Source of the DNA: Pirellulales bacterium | GTDB lineage: Bacteria; Planctomycetota; Planctomycetia; Pirellulales; UBA1268 | DNA length: 60,824 nt | Direction: 5' to 3' | Assembly: GCA_040397585.1 (NCBI GenBank) | Contig: JBBAVS010000010.1 | Span: forward strand, 1-60,824 | In this document: piece by piece, positions 16,582 to 24,845 of the stretch | How positions within the stretch are numbered: the first letter of the stretch is position 1 | Layout: every line of letters begins with the position of its first letter | Position numbers and translations under genes: made by a program | Notes under the pieces: model-generated | The model's database searches: none | Told to the model about the DNA's origin: nothing | The model's input: only the letters and a program-made list of their open reading frames with translations

Positions 16582-17280
16582 ATGTCGCACGCCTCCCCGT
16601 CTTCCGAAGCCCAGGTCCCGGAGTGCCTGCTGCTGCTCGGGCTCCGTCCTCCACTCACGCTCGAGGACGTGAAGCAGGCGTACATGGCCAAGGCGATGAA
16701 GGCCCATCCCGATCGCGGCGGCGATCCGCAGGAGTTCATCCGGCTCCAGAAGGCCTTCGACGAGGCCAACGAGTACGTGAAGTTCAAGGCCAGCAAGATC
16801 GAGTGGCTGGCCTCGAAGATCGACGCCTACGCGCAGCAGCAGGAAGTGGCCACGGAGACGATCGAGCGCGGGGGCAGCATCGAGATGGAGGAGACCGACT
16901 GGCTCCGGCGGTCGTTCGGCGAGGACTTCGGGCACGTGGCCGACAAGCTCGTGGCGGTGCGGCTGGCCAACGGCCGTGCCGACGACGTGTTCGCGGTGCT
17001 GCTCGGCTTCCGCGCGGATTCGCTGAAGGATCTCGTGCTCCTCGATCTCGCGGGCGGCACGATCACCGACGAAGGGCTGCTCCAGCTCAAGGACCTCAAG
17101 AACCTCCGCCACCTCGATCTCCGGGGCACGCGGGTCGGCAAGCTCGCCGCCGACGTTCCCGGCTGGTTCGAGCAGCTCGAGTTCCTCGGGCTGCCGAAGG
17201 GCGCGCTGGGAATGTTCGCCCGGATGACGATGCCGCGTCGCGTCCGGCTCGCGCTCGGCGACACTCCCGGCGAGGAGTGA
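16582..17280 (+). CDS. J-domain (DnaJ-like) protein fused to leucine-rich repeats
   Basis: LGLRPPLTLEDVKQAYMAKAMKAHPDRGGDPQEFIRLQKAFDEA is a J-domain with the HPD motif. The C-terminus LVLLDLAGGTITDEGLLQLKDLKNLRHLDLRGTRVG has LRR periodicity. Confidence 0.8.
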   Translation: MSHASPSSEAQVPECLLLLGLRPPLTLEDVKQAYMAKAMKAHPDRGGDPQEFIRLQKAFDEANEYVKFKASKIEWLASKIDAYAQQQEVATETIERGGSIEMEETDWLRRSFGEDFGHVADKLVAVRLANGRADDVFAVLLGFRADSLKDLVLLDLAGGTITDEGLLQLKDLKNLRHLDLRGTRVGKLAADVPGWFEQLEFLGLPKGALGMFARMTMPRRVRLALGDTPGEE

Positions 17281-17281
17281 G

Positions 17282-18070
17282 ATGCCGCTGCGGGCCTTCC
17301 TCCTGGGAGCGGTCGTGCTGATGCCCATGCCGCTGGCGGCCGAGGATCCGGCCATCGACGCCTTCGAGTCACGCCGCGTGACCGTGGCAGAGGATGGCGC
17401 GCCGGTCGAGTTTCGCTATCGCCTGCTCCGGCCGGCCACGACCGCAGCGGACACGCGCGCCCCCGTGATCCTGTTCCTGCATGGTGCGGGCGAGCGGGGC
17501 AACGACAACGAACGGCAGCTGAATCACTTTCCGAAGATGATGGCGGAGGCTTCCCAACGGACCGCGCATCCCTGCTTTCTCATCGCCCCCCAGTGCCGCC
17601 CGGAGCGTTCCTGGAGCGTGCTCGACTGGAAGACCAAGCGGCCGGCGGCCCTGCCCGACACGCCGACGACCGACATGGCCGCGGCCCTGGCCGCCCTCGA
17701 CGCCGTGCTCGCTGCGGAGCCTGGAGCCGACCCCGATCGCGTCTACCTCACCGGCCTGTCGATGGGCGGCTACGGCAGCTGGGACCTCGCGGCCCGGATG
17801 CCCGAGCGGTTCGCCGCCGTGATCCCGATCTGTGGAGGAGGAGACGAGGCCACGGCGCACCGGCTCGCGACGCTGCCGATCTGGTGCTTCCATGGCGAGG
17901 ACGACCCGCTCGTTCCCGTCGGTCTGTCGCGGTCCATGATCGCCGCCATCAAGGCCGCCGGCGGAACGCCCATCTCCTCGGAGCTGCCGGGCGTGGGCCA
18001 CGACTCATGGTCGCCGGCGTATCGCAATCCCGCGGTGCTCGACTGGCTGTTCGCCCAGCGGCGGCGGTAG
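17282..18070 (+). CDS. Secreted alpha/beta-hydrolase (esterase/peptidase S9-like)
   Basis: Signal peptide, VILFLHGAGERGNDN, nucleophile elbow GLSMGGYG, and a C-terminal FHGEDDPLVP...GVGHDSW (Asp/His). The start is 1 nt after the upstream stop. Confidence 0.8.
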   Translation: MPLRAFLLGAVVLMPMPLAAEDPAIDAFESRRVTVAEDGAPVEFRYRLLRPATTAADTRAPVILFLHGAGERGNDNERQLNHFPKMMAEASQRTAHPCFLIAPQCRPERSWSVLDWKTKRPAALPDTPTTDMAAALAALDAVLAAEPGADPDRVYLTGLSMGGYGSWDLAARMPERFAAVIPICGGGDEATAHRLATLPIWCFHGEDDPLVPVGLSRSMIAAIKAAGGTPISSELPGVGHDSWSPAYRNPAVLDWLFAQRRR

Positions 18071-18146
18071 CCACACGCGCGGGCGAGCCGGCCGCCATCC
18101 CCAGCGCTCACGCGATGGGGCTTCCTGAACCCGCTGCGACGGCGAC

Positions 18147-19109
18147 TCACTCGGGGAAGAGCCGCGTCGACAGATACCGCTCGCCGAGGTCGGGCAGCAC
18201 CACGACGACGAGCTTGCCGGCGTATTCTGGCCGACGGGCCACCTGCAGCGCCCCCCAGGCGGCGGCGCCGCAGCTGATGCCGCACATCAGTCCCTCGCGC
18301 TTGGCGAGCTGCCGGGCCGTCTCCATGGCATCTTCGTCGTCCACCTTCACCACCTCGTCGATGATGTCGAGGTTGAGGATGTCGGGAATGAATCCGGCGC
18401 CGATGCCCTGGATCGTGTGGCGGCCGGGCTTGATCGGCTGGCCGGAGAGCTTCTGGGTGATCACGGGGCTGTTGGCCGGCTCGACCGCCACGACCTTGAG
18501 GCCCGGCTTCTTGGCTTTGAGGGTCTCGCCCACACCGGTGATCGTGCCGCCGGTGCCCACGCCACAGACGACGACATCCACCTGCCCTTCGGTGTCGGCC
18601 CAGATCTCCTCCGCCGTCGTCCGCCGGTGCACGTCGGGGTTCGCCGGGTTCTTGAACTGCTGTGGCATGAAGAACTGCGTGCTCGAGCGGCTGATGTCCT
18701 CGGCGTGCCGCACGGCGCCGGGCATCCCCTCGGCGGCCGGCGTAAGCACGAGCTCCGCCCCGAGGGCCTTGAGCATCCGCCGACGCTCGAGGCTCATGCT
18801 CTCGGGCATGGTGACCCGCAGCTTGTAGCCGCGGGCGGCGCAGACGTAGGCCAGGCCGATGCCGGTGTTGCCGCTGGTGGGCTCAATGATGACGGTGTCG
18901 GGGCCGATCAGGCCGTCGCGCTCGGCCGCGTCGATCATCGCCCCGGCGATGCGGTCCTTCACGCTCCAGAGCGGATTCATGTTCTCGATCTTGGCGGCGA
19001 CGGTGGCCACGCAGCCCTCGGTGACCCTGCGGAGCAGCACCAGGGGCGTGCGGCCGATGCACTGGGTAATGTCGGTGCGGATGCCGGCGGGCAGCTTGGC
19101 GGTGACCAT
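18147..19109 (-). CDS. cysK: Cysteine synthase A (O-acetylserine sulfhydrylase)
   Basis: [26 protein letters not shown]..., the PLP-lysine context [21 protein letters not shown] and [10 protein letters not shown]. This is only the C-terminal 320 aa of the 1411-aa track ORF. ATG at 19109. Confidence 0.95.
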   Translation of the reverse strand: MVTAKLPAGIRTDITQCIGRTPLVLLRRVTEGCVATVAAKIENMNPLWSVKDRIAGAMIDAAERDGLIGPDTVIIEPTSGNTGIGLAYVCAARGYKLRVTMPESMSLERRRMLKALGAELVLTPAAEGMPGAVRHAEDISRSSTQFFMPQQFKNPANPDVHRRTTAEEIWADTEGQVDVVVCGVGTGGTITGVGETLKAKKPGLKVVAVEPANSPVITQKLSGQPIKPGRHTIQGIGAGFIPDILNLDIIDEVVKVDDEDAMETARQLAKREGLMCGISCGAAAWGALQVARRPEYAGKLVVVVLPDLGERYLSTRLFPE

Positions 19110-19228
19110 GAATCCCTCCCGTGTCTCGTCGCGGGCAGCCTCCGGCCCTTCGCCGGCGCCGCCCGCAGCATCGGCATTATCGGCACCACCGGCCAGAAAA
19201 TGCAGCCTCAGTGATCGGCACAGGGAGC

Positions 19229-19466
19229 GCGGGGCCGCCCGTGCCCCGAGAGCCGGCGTTTGTTTCCTCCGCGAGTCAGGATGACGAAGCGGAGGAAACA
19301 CCGAGTGAGCGGAGGGCAGGATGCCCGCAGCGAGCGTCCGGCGACGGGGCGCGGGCGGCCCCGAGCGGTGGGGCGGGCCACACTTTCCGCAGGTTGAAAA
19401 CCTGCGGCCACTTAAAACCTGCGGCCACTTGAAGACCTGCGGCCACTGGCGATTGGGCTTCCTGAG
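19229..19466 (+). repeat. Intergenic modular repeat, copy B1 (short form)
   Basis: Collinear with the reverse complement of 24563-24812. Has an 11-bp-stem hairpin GTTTCCTCCGC...GCGGAGGAAAC (19262-19299), a 9-bp-stem hairpin (19387-19407), a 17-nt tandem triplet (19397-19447), and the terminal motif GCGATTGGGCTTCCTGAG. Ends 11 nt from the stop of the 19478-20134 gene. Confidence 0.9.
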
Positions 19467-19477
19467 CGCGTGGCCAG

Positions 19478-20134
19478 TTACGGCAGCCGCTTCACGCGGA
19501 TGTTGCGGTAGTGGATCTCGCTGCCGGGATCGTGGGCCTGCAGGGCGAAGGTGCCCTGGGAGAGCTTCCGCGTGCCCGTCACCCCATCCGGCTCGACGAA
19601 CTCGAAGAGCACCCGGCCGTCCACCGCCACGCCCACGGCCTTGCCGTTGACCATCACCTCGAGCGTGAACCAGGTATCGTCCTTGGCCGGCGGCGTGAAG
19701 TTCTTGACCACGTTGTAGAGGCTGCCGGTGCGGACGGGATCCTGCTGGGAGTTGTTGACCTGCACCTCGTAGCCCTGGGCCGGCCAGCCGTCCGGCTGGA
19801 AGGCGGTGTGAATGAAGACGCCCGAGTTGGCGACCGGCTTCGTCAGCACCTCCGCCTTGAGGTGGAAGTTCTTGAACTCTTCGGGCCGCGCCGGATCGAC
19901 GCCCACGTAGAAAAGGTGGCTGCGGGGCCCCTTGCAGACGATCGTCCCGTCCCGCACCGACCAGCTGGCGGGGCTCTCGTTGGCCTTCCAGCCCGTGAGA
20001 TCCGTGCCGTTGAACAGGTTCGCGAAGCCCTCCTCCACGGCCCGTGCCGGGTCCGCCGCAGCCGCCAGGGCCACCAGGAAGACCGCCGCTCCGATAGCCT
20101 GCCGAACCACTCCTGGCATACGCTCGTAGATCAT
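19478..20134 (-). CDS. DUF1080 (3-keto-disaccharide hydrolase-like) secreted protein
   Basis: ATG at 20134 gives [32 protein letters not shown], a signal peptide. It is followed by [10 protein letters not shown]...W.V.DG.I...NSGVF...GYEVQV...[20 protein letters not shown], the characteristic DUF1080 pattern. Confidence 0.85.
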   Translation of the reverse strand: MIYERMPGVVRQAIGAAVFLVALAAAADPARAVEEGFANLFNGTDLTGWKANESPASWSVRDGTIVCKGPRSHLFYVGVDPARPEEFKNFHLKAEVLTKPVANSGVFIHTAFQPDGWPAQGYEVQVNNSQQDPVRTGSLYNVVKNFTPPAKDDTWFTLEVMVNGKAVGVAVDGRVLFEFVEPDGVTGTRKLSQGTFALQAHDPGSEIHYRNIRVKRLP

Positions 20135-20237
20135 GGACGAAGCTCTCCGACGAATCCCCGCGAAAGTTCCGGCGATCACCACGACCGCTCCCAGGCATGA
20201 GCATACGGCCGCGGCCGGCCACGGGCCACCGCCCGGA

Positions 20238-23075
20238 GTGCCCGACCACGTGCACCGCCGCCTCGATGCGGCCGGGCTCAATCATCGCCCCGTCCTGCTC
20301 TCGGTGGGCACCGACGTGAGCTTGTCGGGGGAGCCCGCCGCGGAGTGGCTCGTGGTCACGCCCGACCACCTGGCCGCCACCGACGGCCACGGCACGCTCC
20401 GCGCCGTGCCCTGGCGGGGCGTGGAGCGGGTCCGGACGACGTCCGGGGTCGGCGGCGGCTCGCTGCAGGTCCGCACCGACGGCATCTGGATCGACCTCGT
20501 CCGCTACTCCAACGCCCTGGCCACGAGGTTCCACAAGGTGTCGCGGGCGCTCGACCGCAGCCGCGAGCGGCTCGCGGCCGGCCTGCCTGGCGAGCTCGAG
20601 GGCCTCGAGGGATCGCTCGACCCGCCCGCCTGCCCGTCGTGCGGCCTGCGGCTCCAGACGGCGGAAGACGCCTGCCCGCGGTGCCTCCAGAAGGGTCAGA
20701 TCCTCCGCCGGGTCGGCGGCCTGCTGGCCCCCTACGCCCGCGGCTCGGTGTTCCTCTGCCTGCTCACGTTCGTCGGGGTCGTCGCGGAACTGGTGCCGCC
20801 GAAGCTCCAGCAATACATGGTGGACGACATCCTCTCCGCCAAGGCCGGTGAGGTTGGCGGCACCACGCCCGACTTCAAGACAGCCCTCCTTGTGGTGGTG
20901 CTCGCGCTCGCCTTCTCCCGCGTGCTGCTCGCCGTGGTGGGCGTGATCAAGGGGCGGCTGACGTCCGCGATCGGCTCGGGGATCACCTCGGCCTTGCGGG
21001 AGGAGATGGTCCAGAAGCTCCAGGGCCTGTCGGTCGCCTACTACGACCGCCACCAGGTGGGCTCGATGATCAGCCGCGTGGCGCACGACAGCGAGGTGCT
21101 CCACGGCCTCATGCACCAGATCACGGGCGGCTTCCTCCTGCAGATCGTGCAGCTCGTCGCCGTCGGCGCGATGCTGGTCTGGATCAACCCCAAGCTCGCC
21201 CTGTTCACGCTGATCCCGGTGCCGCTGGTGATCCTCGGCTCCTGGATCTTCTGGCGGCACGTCTACCCGCGGCACTACCGGCTCTGGGATGCGGCCAGCA
21301 AGCAGATGACCACGCTCTCGGGGATGCTCTCCGGCATCCGCGTCGTCAAAGCCTTCGCCCAGGAATCCCGCGAACTCGACCGCTTCCACGCCGCCAGCGA
21401 CCACCTCCGCCGCTGGCGGCAGTGGGTGGAACACACCAACACCACCTACGCCGCGTCGATGCAGATCGTGTTCAGCCTGGGCGGCCTGATCGTCTGGTAC
21501 GTCGGTGGCCGCGACGTGATCGGCGGCAGCATGTCGCTCGGCCAGCTGATCGCGTTCCTCGCCTACCTGGCGATGTTCTACGCGCCGCTCGGGGCGCTCT
21601 CCAACTTCACCACCTGGCTCACCAGCTTCCTCTCCGGCAGCAAGCGGGTGCTGGAGCTGCTCGACACGCCTGCGCTGGTCACGGAGCCCGCGCATCCGGA
21701 AGCCTGGAACGACGTCCGCGGCGCGATCCGGTTCGCCAACGTGACCTTCGGCTACGACCGCAACCAGCCCGTGCTTCACGACGTGTCGTTCGAGGTGCAG
21801 CCAGGGGAGATGATCGGGATCGTCGGCCGGTCGGGCTCCGGCAAGAGCACGCTGGTGAACCTCCTGGCCCGGTTCCACGACGTCCAGGAGGGCTCGATCA
21901 CGGTCGATGGCCACGACATCCGGCAGCTCTCGTCCCACGACCTCCGCGAGCGGCTCGGGATCGTGTTCCAGGATTCCTTCCTGTTTCGCGGCACCATCTG
22001 GCGAAACCTCTCCTTCGGCCGGCCGCAGGCGACGATCGAGGAGGGGCTCACCGCCGCCAAGGCCGCCGGCGCCCACGACTTCCTCTGCCGCCAGCCGCTG
22101 GCCTATGAGACGCTCCTCGGCGAGCACGGTGCGGGGCTCTCCGGCGGCGAGAAGCAGCGGCTCTCGATCGCCCGCACGCTCCTCTACGACCCGCGCATCC
22201 TCGTGCTCGACGAGGCCACGAGCAACATCGACGCCGAAGCGGAGAAGGCGATCCAGGAGGCGCTCGCCGTGCTCGTCCGCGGACGGACGACGATCGCGAT
22301 CGCCCACCGGCTCTCCACGCTCCGCAACGCCGACCGGATCCTGGCCTTCGACCGCGGCCGGCTGGTGGAGCAGGGCACCCATGCCGAACTGCTCGCCGCC
22401 GACGGCGTGTACGCCCGGCTCGTGCGGATCCAGACGCAGGTCACGAAGCAGCCCACGATCGACACGCTGATTGCCGAGGAGGAGGCCCCGGCGGACGCGC
22501 CGGCCAAATCGGCGGACGCGACGGCCAAGTCAGCGGACGCGCCGGCCGAGCCAGCCTCCACGACGGCCGCGAGCATCACCTGGCTCGATCCCGCCCGGCA
22601 CCGGTTCACGATCGGCTCCCAGGAGCGGATCGAGATGGGTTTGCCCGATCAAGACCCCGCATCGGGCATCTTCATCATCCGCACGTTCCCGGCCACGCAT
22701 CCCGACGAGTATCTCTCGGTCCGCGGCTGGGACGAGCACGGCGACGAGGTGGAACTGGGCATGATCCGCAGGCTCGACGCCTGGCCGGAGGCCGACCGCA
22801 CGGTGATCCACGCCGCCCTGCAGCGGCGATCGCTGATCCGCGAGGTGCGCCGCGTGCACGAGGTGCGGCTCATCCACGGCTACCTCGACTTCGACGTCGA
22901 CACCGACGTGGGGCGGCGGCGATTCACGACCCGCTGGACCCAGGGTCAGGCCTTCGACTTCGGCACCGGCGGCAAGATGCTCGTGGACACCGACGAGAAC
23001 CGCTGGGTCGTACCCCGGATCGATGACCTACCAACGGCCGACCGGGAGCGGTTTCTGCAGTATGTCTACTGGTGA
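20238..23075 (+). CDS. ABC exporter (TMD-NBD half-transporter) with an N-terminal PH-like plus zinc-ribbon module and a C-terminal DUF1854-like domain
   Basis: Six-TM ABCB-type domain, Walker [10 protein letters not shown], signature LSGGEKQR and Walker [13 protein letters not shown]...CPRC lies before TM1. The C-terminal 170 aa ([18 protein letters not shown]...[21 protein letters not shown]...[32 protein letters not shown]) resemble DUF1854. The start is uncertain: ATG 20133 would overlap the divergent gene start at 20134, so GTG 20238 or 20250 is more plausible. Confidence 0.88.
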   Translation: MPDHVHRRLDAAGLNHRPVLLSVGTDVSLSGEPAAEWLVVTPDHLAATDGHGTLRAVPWRGVERVRTTSGVGGGSLQVRTDGIWIDLVRYSNALATRFHKVSRALDRSRERLAAGLPGELEGLEGSLDPPACPSCGLRLQTAEDACPRCLQKGQILRRVGGLLAPYARGSVFLCLLTFVGVVAELVPPKLQQYMVDDILSAKAGEVGGTTPDFKTALLVVVLALAFSRVLLAVVGVIKGRLTSAIGSGITSALREEMVQKLQGLSVAYYDRHQVGSMISRVAHDSEVLHGLMHQITGGFLLQIVQLVAVGAMLVWINPKLALFTLIPVPLVILGSWIFWRHVYPRHYRLWDAASKQMTTLSGMLSGIRVVKAFAQESRELDRFHAASDHLRRWRQWVEHTNTTYAASMQIVFSLGGLIVWYVGGRDVIGGSMSLGQLIAFLAYLAMFYAPLGALSNFTTWLTSFLSGSKRVLELLDTPALVTEPAHPEAWNDVRGAIRFANVTFGYDRNQPVLHDVSFEVQPGEMIGIVGRSGSGKSTLVNLLARFHDVQEGSITVDGHDIRQLSSHDLRERLGIVFQDSFLFRGTIWRNLSFGRPQATIEEGLTAAKAAGAHDFLCRQPLAYETLLGEHGAGLSGGEKQRLSIARTLLYDPRILVLDEATSNIDAEAEKAIQEALAVLVRGRTTIAIAHRLSTLRNADRILAFDRGRLVEQGTHAELLAADGVYARLVRIQTQVTKQPTIDTLIAEEEAPADAPAKSADATAKSADAPAEPASTTAASITWLDPARHRFTIGSQERIEMGLPDQDPASGIFIIRTFPATHPDEYLSVRGWDEHGDEVELGMIRRLDAWPEADRTVIHAALQRRSLIREVRRVHEVRLIHGYLDFDVDTDVGRRRFTTRWTQGQAFDFGTGGKMLVDTDENRWVVPRIDDLPTADRERFLQYVYW

Positions 23076-23080
23076 GGAAA

Positions 23081-23099
23081 CCCGCCTCGTCGGGGCGGG
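23081..23099 (+). terminator. Hairpin 5 nt after the ABC gene stop
   Basis: CCCGCCTC-GTC-GGGGCGGG forms an 8-bp stem including one G-U pair. It has no U-tract, so it is weak as an intrinsic terminator. Confidence 0.3.
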
Positions 23100-23306
23100 A
23101 AACACGCCCTCAGGATGGCTCGGAACCGCTGTTTTCAGCGGTCCGTTGCGAACCGCAGGCCCACCCTTTACAAAAATCATCTGTCCAGTCCCACGGCTTC
23201 GGTCCGCCTCCACGTCCCGCGCCGATGCCACCGCCCGCTCGCCGGGTGGGATCATGTCCAATCTTCGGTGGTTTACCAGTCCCGGTTTCTTTCCTTCTGG
23301 AGTTGA

Positions 23307-24467
23307 ATGATGAATATCTCGGATCTGATCATGAGCCAGCTGACGTCGCCCGACGTGCTGAGCAAACTCGGTGGCCTGATCGGCGCCAACGAGTCGCAGA
23401 CGAAGACCGCGACGAGTGCCGCGGTGCCCGCCCTGCTCAACGTGTTCGGCAAGATGTCGCAGACGAACAGCGGCGCCGACCAGCTCGCCAAGGCGATGGG
23501 CGGCCTCGACCTCGGCATGCTCGGCAATCTCGCCGGCCTGCTCGGCGGTGGCCAGGCCCAGGGCCTCGGTAGCCTGGGCGGCAACCTGCTCACCTCGCTG
23601 CTCGGCGGCGGCAACATGATGTCGAGCCTCGTCGGCACGCTGGCGTCGTTCGCCGGCATGCAGCCGGGCATCATGAAGACGCTGGTCACCTACCTGGCCC
23701 CGATCGTGCTCGGCATGGTGGCCAAGCAGTTCACCGGCAAGCCCGACGCCGCCGGCGTGGCCCGGCTGTTCTCGGAGCAGTCCGGCAACATCCGCAACGC
23801 CCTGCCGCGTGGACTGTCGCTCGCCGACTTCGACGCTGCGAGCGGTCGCGGCAGCGAGACGGTTCGCTCCGGCAGTCACTCGCAGGAGACGGTCCGTCAC
23901 GGCGGCCACTCGCGTGAGCCGCAGCCGGCGGGCGGTCTGCCCGGCTGGCTGCTGCCGCTCCTGGCGTTGGGCGCGCTCGCCGCAGGCTGGTACCTCTGGA
24001 ACCAGAACCGGCCGAAGGACGTCGTGGTGGCTCAGGGCGAGCGGAAGGTCGGCCCGGTCACCGAGCGGGTCACCGAGGTGATCGAGCGGCAGGGCCGCGA
24101 AGTCACCGACACCGTCGTCGACTCGTTCTCGATCGACCCCAAGTTCCTCGAGGCCGTCCGCGTCGGCAAGAACGCCACCGAGCTGTTCGGCGGCCTGACG
24201 AGCGTGCTCAAGGGCGTGACCAACGAGGAGACGGCCCGCCTCGCGGTGCCGGAACTCGAGAAGCTCGCCCCGATGCTCACCTCGCTCGAGGCAGAGGCCG
24301 GCCGGCTGCCCGCCGCGGAGAAGTCGGTGTTCAACGACTTCGTCGGTAAGAACCTCGGGCTGCTGTCGAAGGTGATCGACACCGTGATGGTGCTCCCGGG
24401 CGTCAAGGACCTGCTCGGCCCGGTCGTCGTCCCGATGGTCGAGACGCTGACCAAGATGTCGAAGTGA
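23307..24467 (+). CDS. DUF937-like protein with a central TM segment and an unknown C-terminal domain
   Basis: N-terminus MMNISDLIMSQLTSPDVLSKLGGLIGANESQTKTATSAAVPALLNVFGKM...GLLGGG matches the DUF937 pattern. A TM helix GLPGWLLPLLALGALAAGWYLW is present. GGAG lies upstream of the ATG. Confidence 0.72.
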   Translation: MMNISDLIMSQLTSPDVLSKLGGLIGANESQTKTATSAAVPALLNVFGKMSQTNSGADQLAKAMGGLDLGMLGNLAGLLGGGQAQGLGSLGGNLLTSLLGGGNMMSSLVGTLASFAGMQPGIMKTLVTYLAPIVLGMVAKQFTGKPDAAGVARLFSEQSGNIRNALPRGLSLADFDAASGRGSETVRSGSHSQETVRHGGHSREPQPAGGLPGWLLPLLALGALAAGWYLWNQNRPKDVVVAQGERKVGPVTERVTEVIERQGREVTDTVVDSFSIDPKFLEAVRVGKNATELFGGLTSVLKGVTNEETARLAVPELEKLAPMLTSLEAEAGRLPAAEKSVFNDFVGKNLGLLSKVIDTVMVLPGVKDLLGPVVVPMVETLTKMSK

Positions 24468-24491
24468 ACCCGCGGTTCACCAAGGCATGAC

Positions 24492-24538
24492 GAAACCCCG
24501 GCCCGGATCGGCCCCGCCGATCCGGGCCGGTTCGTTTC
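24492..24538. terminator. Strong GC hairpin, candidate bidirectional terminator
   Basis: Perfect 15-bp stem CCGGCCCGGATCGGC (24498-24512) / GCCGATCCGGGCCGG (24516-24530) with a 3-nt loop, flanked by GAAAC...GTTTC and followed by TTCGTTTCC. It starts 25 nt after the DUF937 gene stop. Confidence 0.6.
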
Positions 24539-24562
24539 CAGAACGAGCCCGACGCTCATGCC

Positions 24563-24812
24563 CTCAGGAAGCCCAATCGCGTAAGCGATGGGGATCTCGT
24601 GGCCCGCCCCACCGCTCGGGGCTGCCCATGCCCGTCGCCACGTGGCCGCAGGTTTGCAACCTGCGGTGCCCCACCGCTCGGGGCTGCCCATGCCCGTCGC
24701 CGGACGCTCGCTGCGGGCATCCTGCCCTGCGCTCGCTCGGTGTTTCCTCCGCTTCGCCATCCTGGCTCGCGGAGGAAACAAACGCCGGCTCCCGGGCACG
24801 GGCAGCCCCGAG
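24563..24812 (-). repeat. Intergenic modular repeat, copy B2 (short form, inverted)
   Basis: The reverse complement aligns along its whole length with 19229-19466. It has the same 11-bp-stem hairpin (24742-24779), a 9-bp-stem hairpin CCGCAGGTT-TGC-AACCTGCGG (24646-24666), a duplicated GGCGACGGGCATGGGCAGCCCCGAGCGG unit, and the terminal GCGATTGGGCTTCCTGAG motif. Confidence 0.9.
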
Positions 24813-24845
24813 CTCGTCGCGCGAAAGGCTTGAGCAGCAGCTCGG

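Noticed and set aside
18147-22382. 1411-aa ORF on the minus strand
   Set aside because: It is a chimera. Only the last 320 codons (18147-19109) are cysK. Upstream it runs through repeat copy B1, out of frame through the DUF1080 gene and antisense through the ABC transporter gene. The composition there is Arg/Gly/Pro/Ala-rich with no motifs, typical of high-GC antisense frames lacking stops.
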